Made by a program: the position numbers and the translations under genes. This document shows, piece by piece, positions 48,116-57,246 of a stretch of DNA of 64,000 nucleotides. Location: IMG/VR virus record IMGVR_UViG_3300044712_000810, positions 186,001 to 250,000 of that record. One strand, 5' to 3'. Position 1 is the stretch's first letter, and the number at the start of each line of letters is the position of its first letter. The notes under the pieces are model-generated. The model did not search any database and was not told where the DNA came from. It was given only the letters and a program-made list of their open reading frames with translations.

Positions 48116-48451
48116 ATGCACCAACAGTACATCGATCAACATGCAGATTATGTGAAATTTGCAAATGCACAAAAACTGGCATGGAATAAAAATGCCATGA
48201 TTAAAACAAAACTGCATGAGATTTTTGAACTCATGCGTGATATTCCACAACATATCCAGACAATGGGTGTTCATAATGACAAACTCGATAAAGAGTTTGA
48301 TGAAGCAATCAAAACTGCAATTTTCACAGTCGATCCTGTGGAGATTGAACAAAAGTTCAATCGTATGAGTTCTCCTATGCTTCATGGTATTCTTGAACAT
48401 ATGGATGATGTGAAAGCAATCGCACAAAAAGTATTATTGGGACGCGTATAA
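48116..48451 (+). CDS. Coiled-coil protein, family C
   Basis: Ends HMDDVKAIAQKVLLGRV. Confidence 0.75.
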   Translation: MHQQYIDQHADYVKFANAQKLAWNKNAMIKTKLHEIFELMRDIPQHIQTMGVHNDKLDKEFDEAIKTAIFTVDPVEIEQKFNRMSSPMLHGILEHMDDVKAIAQKVLLGRV

Positions 48452-48768
48452 TGAAACCAGAAGATATGGTATATATAACGGAGGAGGAAAAACGCCTCAA
48501 GATAGATGCTACAGATAGAATAACAGAGATTGATAATCTGCATAAAACTTATGCAGTATTATTTGAGCAAATGAATGAAATCAATCAAAAAATTAAACAA
48601 ATTCAAAGATTGATGCAAGAAAAGCTCACCGAAGTCATTTTTACATTGGATATGACTGAAATTGATAATAAACTTGAGAAACTTGATGTACAAGTTCTCG
48701 GTCTTATGGCTGCTCACATTGACGGGGTGAAAATTCTCATCCAGAAGAAAATGACTGAAAAAGTCTAG
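48451..48768 (+). CDS. Coiled-coil protein, family C
   Basis: Ends HIDGVKILIQKKMTEKV. Confidence 0.75.
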   Translation: MKPEDMVYITEEEKRLKIDATDRITEIDNLHKTYAVLFEQMNEINQKIKQIQRLMQEKLTEVIFTLDMTEIDNKLEKLDVQVLGLMAAHIDGVKILIQKKMTEKV

Positions 48769-48778
48769 GAGACAACAC

Positions 48779-49186
48779 ATGACGTTACAGCAGAGGATTG
48801 AAAAAGATAGAATTGTTGCAATGAAAGATAAAAACATAGCAGTAAAAAATGAACTTACCGTTATTCTCGGTGAGTTTCAACGTGTTAACGACGGTAAACC
48901 GATTGACGACAATACGGCAATTGGTGAACTTATCAAAATGAAAAAAAATGAGATCGAACTCCTCAAAGCAAAAGGTGAGTCGAGTTCTGTATTTATGGAT
49001 CTCATGAAGATATATTTGCCCGAAATGGCAACCGATGATGATATCCGTGAGTTTATTAAGACTTTGGATTTGAATAAATATCCGAAGTTTGAAATGAACA
49101 TGAAGGATATCATGGCTCACTTTGGAAAACTCGCAGATGGAAAACGTGTATCTGCAATTCTACAGGAGTTTAAAAATGGAAATTAA
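48779..49186 (+). CDS. GatB/YqeY-domain protein
   Basis: L..RI..D...AMK.K, YLPEM...D.I, ADGKRVS. Confidence 0.8.
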   Translation: MTLQQRIEKDRIVAMKDKNIAVKNELTVILGEFQRVNDGKPIDDNTAIGELIKMKKNEIELLKAKGESSSVFMDLMKIYLPEMATDDDIREFIKTLDLNKYPKFEMNMKDIMAHFGKLADGKRVSAILQEFKNGN

Positions 49187-49445
49187 GGAATTCACAGCCG
49201 ATAATATTGATGAATTTGTTGATCATTATAATAATCTTTCCAATGGATTTGCACATAAGGATGACAAATATCTTTATATCTGTCTTGGAACAGATAATGC
49301 GGATCAACATACTTTTGGAGATCCTGATGGGGATAACATTAGTGTTATCCGAAATGAAATGGGGACAACATATAAACTTAAAATAGAAAATCTGCATATG
49401 CGCGTTGCAGTGCAAGGCACAGCAGATGATCGGGTGATGCACTAA
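49176..49445 (+). CDS. Hypothetical protein
   Basis: Start MEIKE behind AGGAG. Confidence 0.65.
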   Translation: MEIKEFTADNIDEFVDHYNNLSNGFAHKDDKYLYICLGTDNADQHTFGDPDGDNISVIRNEMGTTYKLKIENLHMRVAVQGTADDRVMH

Positions 49446-49723
49446 TGGTATTTAATCCATTTGCACCGGTTGATCCGCTGGTATATAAATTTTATATGGA
49501 AAAAAGTAATGAGAATGTGTTATTCACATGTCTCGATAAAACACTTACAATAACAGTAACATCAAACGGTAATGAACCGATGATGATTATTGATGAAGAT
49601 GAAATCGACCATGAAGAAATTCATGGCTTCGGTAAAATCATTCATCGCATCGAAGAATTTCCACCAGAGTGGGGTCGCGATGTAAGAACACAAATAATTG
49701 GTACTCTTTACGAGATACTTTAA
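49445..49723 (+). CDS. Hypothetical protein
   Basis: TAATG coupling; followed by terminator. Confidence 0.65.
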   Translation: MVFNPFAPVDPLVYKFYMEKSNENVLFTCLDKTLTITVTSNGNEPMMIIDEDEIDHEEIHGFGKIIHRIEEFPPEWGRDVRTQIIGTLYEIL

Positions 49724-49725
49724 CC

Positions 49726-49756
49726 AATGGCCCTTCGGGGCCATTTTTATTTTTTT
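49726..49756 (+). terminator. Rho-independent terminator
   Basis: AATGGCCC-TTCG-GGGCCATT plus T-run. Confidence 0.75.
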
Positions 49757-49772
49757 AATATTCTAAAATTTA

Positions 49773-49782
49773 ATATAGAAAT
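49773..49782 (+). promoter_or_regulatory. Putative phage promoter motif ATATAGAAAT
   Basis: Upstream of structured non-coding element. Confidence 0.6.
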
Positions 49783-49789
49783 TATAGTA

Positions 49790-49905
49790 ACGTAGTTAGC
49801 AATAACTTCCAGGAGGTATGACAAGGGTCATCCCCTCCTCCTCATACAGCAATGTGATGAGGTCTCCGACCGGTAGAAGCTCCCCGCAAGGGGAGCTTTT
49901 ATTGT
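49790..49905 (+). ncRNA. Candidate structured small RNA (~110 nt)
   Basis: Two hairpins plus terminator AGCTCCCC-GCAA-GGGGAGCT; GCAA tetraloops; own promoter motif. Confidence 0.5.
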
Positions 49906-49950
49906 TATTTTTTTTGCTAAAAAAAAGAGGGCCCTTTCGGGCCATCTTTA

Positions 49951-50301
49951 TTACTCTGCTGCCTTGATGTCGGTCAGCAGATATTCTGTTTCAGGTGAAC
50001 ACAGAAGACCGGGTTTCACCTTGACCTGCTTGTAAGTCACAATGACTTTCTTGCCGGCGAGAGAATTTGCCTTCTTGATCAATGTGCCGTCATCGCCTTC
50101 GTATGAGAATGCCCACAGATTGGCCTGTTCGTTTGAACTCACGGCCATGTTCAACTGCCCTTCATAGGTCTTGCAGTTGCTTCCCTTTTTGGAGAACTTG
50201 ATCAGTGTTCCGCTTCGGAAACCTTCCGAATATGTGTTACCACAACTGACGGTAATAGCCGTCATAACCAAAACACAGAGAACCGCAATCAGTGTTTTCA
50301 T
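49951..50301 (-). CDS. Putative lipoprotein (YSEG.R.G...KFS.KG family)
   Basis: Signal peptide with lipobox-like TVSC; AAGGAGG SD; promoter motif at 50328-50337. Confidence 0.65.
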   Translation of the reverse strand: MKTLIAVLCVLVMTAITVSCGNTYSEGFRSGTLIKFSKKGSNCKTYEGQLNMAVSSNEQANLWAFSYEGDDGTLIKKANSLAGKKVIVTYKQVKVKPGLLCSPETEYLLTDIKAAE

Positions 50302-50327
50302 TAAATCCTCCTTGGATTTAATCAACA

Positions 50328-50337
50328 ATTTCTATAT
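50328..50337 (-). promoter_or_regulatory. Putative phage promoter motif ATATAGAAAT
   Basis: Exact copy upstream of lipoprotein gene. Confidence 0.6.
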
Positions 50338-50378
50338 AAAACAATAGAAAATAAAAAAGACCCCGAAGGGTCTTTGAA

Positions 50379-50588
50379 TTAAATATCTTCTATAAGTCGA
50401 CGTAAATGTCGCTCTCTATATTTAATCAATTCATTTTTATGCATTCTGCAAAATTCATTATATAAAAAGTTTGGAGTACATGTTATATTCTCAAACATAT
50501 AATCTATTGTTTTTTCTTGAATTGTTAAACGAGTTTTAACTATATTCATCATATCGTTATAAATTTCATCAAAGTCATCATAGTCCAT
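50379..50588 (-). CDS. Small protein with shared C-terminal tag
   Basis: Ends HLRRLIEDI; resembles 50589..50780. Confidence 0.65.
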   Translation of the reverse strand: MDYDDFDEIYNDMMNIVKTRLTIQEKTIDYMFENITCTPNFLYNEFCRMHKNELIKYRERHLRRLIEDI

Positions 50589-50780
50589 TTAAATCTCACT
50601 AATTAATTCTTTTTGTAAATCATCTTTGATTTCACATATAACATCATACGATTCTTTACATAACATATTATATATGTATGCATCAGATTTTACAACTTCA
50701 CCTTTTCTACTTTCAGTTATAACTAACTTAAGTAATTGAACAGTTTCCATTGCTATTGGGTGAAAATTATCATGTTCCAT
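50589..50780 (-). CDS. Small protein with shared C-terminal tag
   Basis: Ends DDLQKELISEI. Confidence 0.65.
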   Translation of the reverse strand: MEHDNFHPIAMETVQLLKLVITESRKGEVVKSDAYIYNMLCKESYDVICEIKDDLQKELISEI

Positions 50781-52486
50781 TAGATTAAACAGTCCTCAAA
50801 CTTGGTTATGTTGTTCACATCGTACTGATATGGTATAATAATCTCGAAAACTACTCGAAGAAGCGTGTCATGATGAAAATTCGATGCATTTGGCAACTTT
50901 TTGAGTAAAAGATCATAATAACTAATCGTATCACAGTTTTCAGGTGAAATTTCTGCACTTGTTAGTACATTATTTGCCAAAATCTCAAACATGTTAAGTA
51001 TTTCTGGTTGAACTTTATCTTTCAACATCAAAATACTAGCACTGTCTTTAATATAATCAAGAAAATACTTATATAATGGTGTAATAATCTTTCGGCCATT
51101 AGTTCCAATGTTTTTATAATCCAAAAATGCATAGTTGTAATACTTATCATTACTTTCAACTTGACTCATTGCCACGTTATTAAATAACAAATCCATCATT
51201 TCACGGTTATTAAATGCTTTTGAATTGATATTGTTAGTTATACTAAGAAATTTTTCGATATCTATGATTTTTTTGTTAGTTACATAGAAATCTGTAGGAG
51301 TTTTTGTTGAATTTTCATCAATATTACTCAAAACTTTATTGATGAACTCATTTTCATCTATTTTTTTCAGATGTTTATGTTGTTCTGACAGTTGTTTTAC
51401 AATTTCTTCTGAAGATTTGTTTTCATCAGTAATATTTTCAGAATATTCTTTAAATTTTACTTCAATTTTGTCATAAAGTGTATCGAAATAGCGTTTTAAC
51501 ACATAATCGAACATTTTATTCTGACTAACTGACGAATTAATAATATTTAATAAATTTGTTCTTACATATGCATCATGTTCTAATGTTGCCATACGTAAAA
51601 CATAAATAAAAAGTAAGTAATTTATAAACATTACTAATAAAATTTGATTATTATATTCAGGATCCATTAATAACTTAAACAATGCTTGACATGCGAACTT
51701 AGTTTTGTCAACATCCAAGTCAAAGTTATTGGTTACTAATGTTTGAATATATTCTTTATCAAGTATAAATGAAGTAGGTAAAATCATAGGACAATTTATA
51801 GTTGTCTTATTATCATTTTTTTCAACTGAACAAAACTGGGCCGATACATATCTAAAATATTTTAAAGCATAGTGTATGGCCGAAGATTTAATAACAGAAT
51901 TCATACAAAGTTCTAAAATTGTATTAAGTTGGTTACCATGAACTTCATTTACTTGAATTTCTGTTACTTCTTGATCTTTATGTACAATTTTACGTTCTTT
52001 TTGTTCTTCTACATTTTTAACAGTCGGTGATGCAGTTGCACCTTGTAAAAGCATACGATACATTGCTTGCAATGACATATGATTGTTAACATAACTATTA
52101 AAAAATCTATAAATTCGTGTAATTACTTCATGGTCTGCACAAATTTTACATCTATCATTAATCGAAATTGATTTAATCCCATCTTTTTCTTTATCATAAG
52201 TATTATAATACCATTCAAACTCTTTTGCGATGCGTTCACATTCACAATATTCGAATGAACCATCGAAAATTACTTGATTTGCAATACGATCAATAAGATG
52301 AACATCAAATCTGTCAGCTATACATTGTTTTTTAAAAATCTCAATAATTTTTGGATCAACAATCTGAATTTGACAGAATTTAAAGTTGATTATAATATTG
52401 TGAAAACTTGGAATCGCAGCCATGCGTATTAGATACTTTTTAGTATTGTATTCTATAAACGCGTGATCTATGGATAAGATATTCAA
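50780..52486 (-). CDS. Large hypothetical protein
   Basis: Long ORF; TTG start behind AGGAGG chosen; no motif recognised. Confidence 0.7.
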   Translation of the reverse strand: MNILSIDHAFIEYNTKKYLIRMAAIPSFHNIIINFKFCQIQIVDPKIIEIFKKQCIADRFDVHLIDRIANQVIFDGSFEYCECERIAKEFEWYYNTYDKEKDGIKSISINDRCKICADHEVITRIYRFFNSYVNNHMSLQAMYRMLLQGATASPTVKNVEEQKERKIVHKDQEVTEIQVNEVHGNQLNTILELCMNSVIKSSAIHYALKYFRYVSAQFCSVEKNDNKTTINCPMILPTSFILDKEYIQTLVTNNFDLDVDKTKFACQALFKLLMDPEYNNQILLVMFINYLLFIYVLRMATLEHDAYVRTNLLNIINSSVSQNKMFDYVLKRYFDTLYDKIEVKFKEYSENITDENKSSEEIVKQLSEQHKHLKKIDENEFINKVLSNIDENSTKTPTDFYVTNKKIIDIEKFLSITNNINSKAFNNREMMDLLFNNVAMSQVESNDKYYNYAFLDYKNIGTNGRKIITPLYKYFLDYIKDSASILMLKDKVQPEILNMFEILANNVLTSAEISPENCDTISYYDLLLKKLPNASNFHHDTLLRVVFEIIIPYQYDVNNITKFEDCLI

Positions 52487-52627
52487 TTTCCCTCCTATGT
52501 AAAAAATAAAATTTTGACTATATGCACTATTTTTATATGAAACAGACAAATATTAAAATTTGTATAATCAATCAATTTATATACAAATATTGAAATTATA
52601 ATCTTATCTTATTTTTATGGAGATTTT

Positions 52628-54025
52628 ATGGACAACATCATACTTACTGATTTTAGCATGAACCACGAGACTATCACACTACCACAAGAAAAATTCAAGT
52701 ATCAAGAACCTGATCAAGAAATTTTATTAAAAGATTGTGAATTTAGATTACACCCATCATATATCTCTATAAGAAGAAATAAAGAAGTACATTATCCACA
52801 ATATTGGACATATTCTAATAAAAATATATCAGAAACGCATCATCTTATATTGATGATGGAACCTGATAATAATAAAATGGTTATAATTTTTCGAGAAATT
52901 AAAGATGATATTGATTCTATTCCATATTTTGAAGGTAATTATAATTACATGTATGAACGTGGGGCAAATAAAGATAATGTTTTAAGACAACAATGTGTAA
53001 ACTTATTAAATTCTTTATATTTATATTATTTAAATAATGAAGCTACGTTTCCAGTAAAATTTAAAACATACACTTCAAGATTTAATATTTTATACAATCA
53101 ATTGTATCGTTTTGCGTCGATGGAAATGTTAACCACCGAAGATTTTATATATAAACTTAAAAATGTTAAGTTTTTTCGTAAATTATTACCTATATTAGAT
53201 CAAAAATGTGATGATATTATCAAAGTTATTGAAAATGATCCCACTGGTAAGAAAAAATTACCAATTTTAAGTTTCTTTGGATGTTTTGGTAAACTTCAAG
53301 AACTTAGAGATCACCCAAGATTAGGTAAATATTTTAAAGATGATGACAAAGTGTATTTATATAAAACAATATTGCCTGTTCCGCATCTTGCAATGTATTG
53401 TAAAAAATGCAAACAAGTTAATGCTGGATGGAAACCAACAATTAAAAATGGTTATGAAGTTTGTAAGCGTGCATTTTCAAATCAGTTTGATGAATATCAT
53501 TTAGATTATATTAGAAAAACTTCAGGTTTTACAAAATTAGAAATGGATTATAATTTAAAACATGAAAATTGTCTTTATAATAGTAAAAAAGCTCACTGTA
53601 AACATAGACGTATAATTAAAACAAAACTTAGAACGTCAACTTTTCCACATGCCAGAGTTTTTACAATGAAATTTCTACTTGACGTTTACAATAATAAAAG
53701 AGCAGTTTACAGAGCTAAAACTAAAAATAATGGAGTTCCATATACTTTTAGAGAAATTAATAAAAACATTTTAACAATTCCAATGGCAAGCGCTAGTTAT
53801 TTAAATGACATATTTAACACAAAAGAAAAATGGAAACTTAACATATATCTAAACGATGAACGTTTTAATCGCAGTCTAAAATATTATAATGATAAAAAAG
53901 CATTATTTTTTAATAAAAATGGTACTGCATTAAAGATTATTGAAAATTTAGAGCTTATTAAAAACGAAAAAGTTCGTAAAAAAGCTAAATGGATATTTTT
54001 AAAAGTTGCCATAGAAAATTTGTAG
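52628..54025 (+). CDS. Large basic hypothetical protein with shared C-terminal tag
   Basis: 465 aa, CKKC; ends IFLKVAIENL. Confidence 0.7.
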   Translation: MDNIILTDFSMNHETITLPQEKFKYQEPDQEILLKDCEFRLHPSYISIRRNKEVHYPQYWTYSNKNISETHHLILMMEPDNNKMVIIFREIKDDIDSIPYFEGNYNYMYERGANKDNVLRQQCVNLLNSLYLYYLNNEATFPVKFKTYTSRFNILYNQLYRFASMEMLTTEDFIYKLKNVKFFRKLLPILDQKCDDIIKVIENDPTGKKKLPILSFFGCFGKLQELRDHPRLGKYFKDDDKVYLYKTILPVPHLAMYCKKCKQVNAGWKPTIKNGYEVCKRAFSNQFDEYHLDYIRKTSGFTKLEMDYNLKHENCLYNSKKAHCKHRRIIKTKLRTSTFPHARVFTMKFLLDVYNNKRAVYRAKTKNNGVPYTFREINKNILTIPMASASYLNDIFNTKEKWKLNIYLNDERFNRSLKYYNDKKALFFNKNGTALKIIENLELIKNEKVRKKAKWIFLKVAIENL

Positions 54026-54072
54026 TATTTCTCTTTTCATATAAAAATAATACAATATAGTTCACGGCCACC

Positions 54073-54756
54073 ATGTTGGAGGAAGGAGAACCCACGTTGA
54101 GCAGGCAAAAAGCACACGTGGAGCTTCTGACAGTCGTACTCGGACTTGTAGTTTTACTATTGACCTATGTAGTGTACGACCAACATCTAACAATTGCGGA
54201 ACTTGAAGCAAAGTCGGAAGATCTACGCGGAGCCGTTTTGACGGCCCAACAGAAGGTTGCCGATAGCCATAAGGTGACCAATCTGTATCGAGTCGGTTTT
54301 AACAACAGAACCAATCAACTAATGGACGCAGAACAAAGGCTAGCCGAAAGGACTAGTGAGTTAGAGACTCTTAAACTTGTAAATGCGTCACTGAAACCAC
54401 AGCAACAACCTTGGTTCAAACCGACATTGTCAAAGGTGGAGTACAAACGCGAATTTGTCGCAACTATAACTGCATACAACACGGTAAAAGGACAATGTCC
54501 TGCGCCATATGATCAAACGGCATCTGGAAAGAAAGCCAAGAAAGATATGGTTGCCGTGTCTCACGATCTCTTGAAATCAGGAATCGTGAAGTTTGGTGAC
54601 ACCCTGCACATAGAAGGTGTAGGAAGGTTCACCGTTGAGGACACAACAGCAGCAGGCTATTCCAAGCGGGTCGATATCTGCATGGAGAAAGACATTCCTG
54701 CGGCAAAGGAATTTGGAGTCAAACGACTCAAGGTTTCTGTAGTGTCTTCACTCTAA
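54073..54756 (+). CDS. Membrane-anchored 3D-domain (MltA-like) cell-wall hydrolase
   Basis: TM helix, coiled coil, then ITAY..TASG..VAVS.D..FG....I.G...VEDT...RVDI. Confidence 0.8.
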   Translation: MLEEGEPTLSRQKAHVELLTVVLGLVVLLLTYVVYDQHLTIAELEAKSEDLRGAVLTAQQKVADSHKVTNLYRVGFNNRTNQLMDAEQRLAERTSELETLKLVNASLKPQQQPWFKPTLSKVEYKREFVATITAYNTVKGQCPAPYDQTASGKKAKKDMVAVSHDLLKSGIVKFGDTLHIEGVGRFTVEDTTAAGYSKRVDICMEKDIPAAKEFGVKRLKVSVVSSL

Positions 54757-54816
54757 CCAACCAAAAACTTCTAAAGGTAGAAGTGAAAACAAACTTCAAC
54801 GGCCAGTGAACAAAGC

Positions 54817-54847
54817 TGGGAGGCTAAGGATGACCCTTAGCCTCCCA
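54817..54847 (+). terminator. Strong hairpin downstream of 3D-domain gene
   Basis: TGGGAGGCTAAGG-ATGAC-CCTTAGCCTCCCA. Confidence 0.55.
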
Positions 54848-54887
54848 ATAATTTTAATATTCAAGTATTTCATATAAAAATAATAGT

Positions 54888-55030
54888 AATGAACAAATGA
54901 TTTGGAGGTCCAGGATGGACGTGACTGACGGCGGCGATATTTCGATCGACTAGAAACTCACATTTCATTTTTGTATTCATTCCTTTTAGTTTAACTTTTT
55001 TGAACAAAAAGTGTCCGGGAGGGCACTTTA
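54888..55030 (+). other. Structured non-coding element or 12-aa minigene unit
   Basis: Promoter variant ATATAAAAAT at 54872; closing stem AATGAA/TTCATT; GGAGG then ATG..TAG 54915-54953; terminator-like hairpin 55008-55029. Confidence 0.35.
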
Positions 55031-55096
55031 TTTATATTTTTTTAATTTCTAAAAATATATAAAAATATTGAAAGTAAATAATTTTTTGGAGGGATT

Positions 55097-55510
55097 ATGT
55101 TAAAATTAAAAAATATAATACATTTTCCTGCATATTATAAAGAACATAATTTAAAACTCGATAATATTGATGTTACATCTATTAAAATTGAAAAAATTGA
55201 AGGAAAATACGAAATTAATGCAAAAAGTGGCAAACACGATGTTAAGATTGAATTTACAGATGAAAAATTAACAACTGATACAGATATTAAAGTGTTTTGT
55301 GGTTGTGAAAGTTTTAAATTTGAATTTGCACACGCACTCTACATAAAACAATCATTATTAGATGCTGAATCATTTAAAATGAATCTTGAAAGACGTGGAA
55401 AAAAGAAAAATGTATATGCAATTCCATCTGGCTGCAAACACGTTGTAGCTGTTGGACAGTATATTTTTAGGAATTTAGAGAAATTTCAAAAGGAGATCGA
55501 TAAATTATGA
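55097..55510 (+). CDS. SWIM zinc-finger protein
   Basis: VFCGCESF...GCKHV. Confidence 0.75.
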   Translation: MLKLKNIIHFPAYYKEHNLKLDNIDVTSIKIEKIEGKYEINAKSGKHDVKIEFTDEKLTTDTDIKVFCGCESFKFEFAHALYIKQSLLDAESFKMNLERRGKKKNVYAIPSGCKHVVAVGQYIFRNLEKFQKEIDKL

Positions 55511-55881
55511 GTAAAACCTCAAAAAATCTAGAAATGGATACAGAAGTTCTTGAAGTTATGGAAAAAAAGTTTCCACCTGTAACAGTTCATGCAACACTTG
55601 AAGGCGTTGTTAGTGTTCCATTTACTATTAACGCAACAGGTCAAAACAGTAACTCAAATACTGATGAAGGATGTATTCGACTTATTCATGGTCGCACATA
55701 TTACATTCCAGTAGATACAGATGCAGATTCAGATAGTTATGGTAATCTTAAAATATTTAGCAATGTTGCCGATAAAATCGATATCAGATTCGTGAAACAG
55801 AAGTTCTGTGCAATTATTCCTATACAGCATAACGTGAAAATTCAACACGGACAACAACTGTGTATTTTATGGAATAATTAA
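55507..55881 (+). CDS. Hypothetical protein
   Basis: Coupled ORF, beta-rich. Confidence 0.65.
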   Translation: MSKTSKNLEMDTEVLEVMEKKFPPVTVHATLEGVVSVPFTINATGQNSNSNTDEGCIRLIHGRTYYIPVDTDADSDSYGNLKIFSNVADKIDIRFVKQKFCAIIPIQHNVKIQHGQQLCILWNN

Positions 55882-55892
55882 AGAGGTATAAT

Positions 55893-56354
55893 ATGTATAA
55901 GTTACCTGAAGATATTGAAAAACAATTACAACAAAAGTATAATACAGTTCATATACCATCATTAGTACATACATTATTCCAAGAAATATTACAGAAAACT
56001 TTAAAAGATGGTGCATGTCATATTCGTGAGTTTGGTAAATTCGTGTCATTTCAAACTCAATCATCTAAAACTAAGAATCCAACAATTAGATTTAAGTTTA
56101 GATTAGCATTAAGTCTTGATAAGAAATTAAAAGGCGATCAATATTTGCTTCAAATTGTTCCAGTAAAGGCCAAAGTACCATTTACAGAGCAACATGAACA
56201 AAAAGTTCTTGATAAGAAAGAAATTAAAGCATATAATTTCGAAGCATTACAAGAAGCAAATAAACATGCCAATAAAGTTACGAAAGACCGACTCAATGAA
56301 CTCGAAATCAAACGAATTTTAGAAGAGGACGGTGGCGAGGAATATGTCAAATGA
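55893..56354 (+). CDS. HU/IHF-like DNA-binding protein
   Basis: F.EI...L.DG..HIREFGKF, ..FKF. Confidence 0.55.
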   Translation: MYKLPEDIEKQLQQKYNTVHIPSLVHTLFQEILQKTLKDGACHIREFGKFVSFQTQSSKTKNPTIRFKFRLALSLDKKLKGDQYLLQIVPVKAKVPFTEQHEQKVLDKKEIKAYNFEALQEANKHANKVTKDRLNELEIKRILEEDGGEEYVK

Positions 56355-57246
56355 TGAATTACAAGAAGTCACTAGTCCAAGACCTTTCTTAGGCAAATCT
56401 AAGTTAATTGACGAAGATGGTCTATTAAGTGAAAGGATATTTGGACCACAACAGAATTTTAGGTGCAAATGTGGTAAGTTGAATACTAAAACGCATGATC
56501 GTGGAAAAAGATGCCCGAAATGCAATGTCTTATGTGATACAAATGATCTTCGACTTACTACATTTGCAAAAATTACTGTTCCTTTTGGAGCAATCAAACC
56601 AACAAAGAAACGTGAATTCTATAAAATCACAGGTAAGAAAAATACAAACTTATTAAATCCGATTTTTGCTGACCATTCAGTATCTTCATATAGATATTTG
56701 GCCATCCAATCCGATGGGAAAAAACTTAAGATTGTAAACTCGTTGGACAAAGACTCTAATTGGTATAATATTCCTTTTAGAATTACCGGCATTTACAGTT
56801 TTATATTAGTTTTAAAATACGTGGCATTCACGTTAAATCTCCCCGTAGCAAAAGATTTATTCGATCAAAAATATATCATGGAATATATCAAAGTCCTACC
56901 TCCGGACGTTCGTCCAATCATCCCAATGAAAAATCAACAGAAGTTGAGAATTACCGAAGTAAATAAACAGTATGAAAGTTTAATTAGTTTGAATCTGGCA
57001 AATAGACCAGTTATTAACAACATTAAGACAGATGAAGAAAATTGGCTTGGTATGATTCACGAATCATTTAAAAGTCAATTACTGGAGGACGAAATTGTTG
57101 ACCAAGCTGTTATACAATATGATAACTTGGCCGCAAGATATCAGTATTACGTTGATTTGGCTTATGAAAACGTATATAATGATGTATGCGGCAAAACTGG
57201 ATATATTCGTTCCGGTATTTTAGGAAAAACAATCGAGTTTAGTGCT
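56344..57246 (+). CDS. rpoC: RNA polymerase beta-prime N-terminal part, exon 1
   Basis: DGLLSERIFGP, CKCG..CPKC zinc finger, VLPPDVRP, GKTGYIR..ILGK.IEFSA. Confidence 0.85.
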
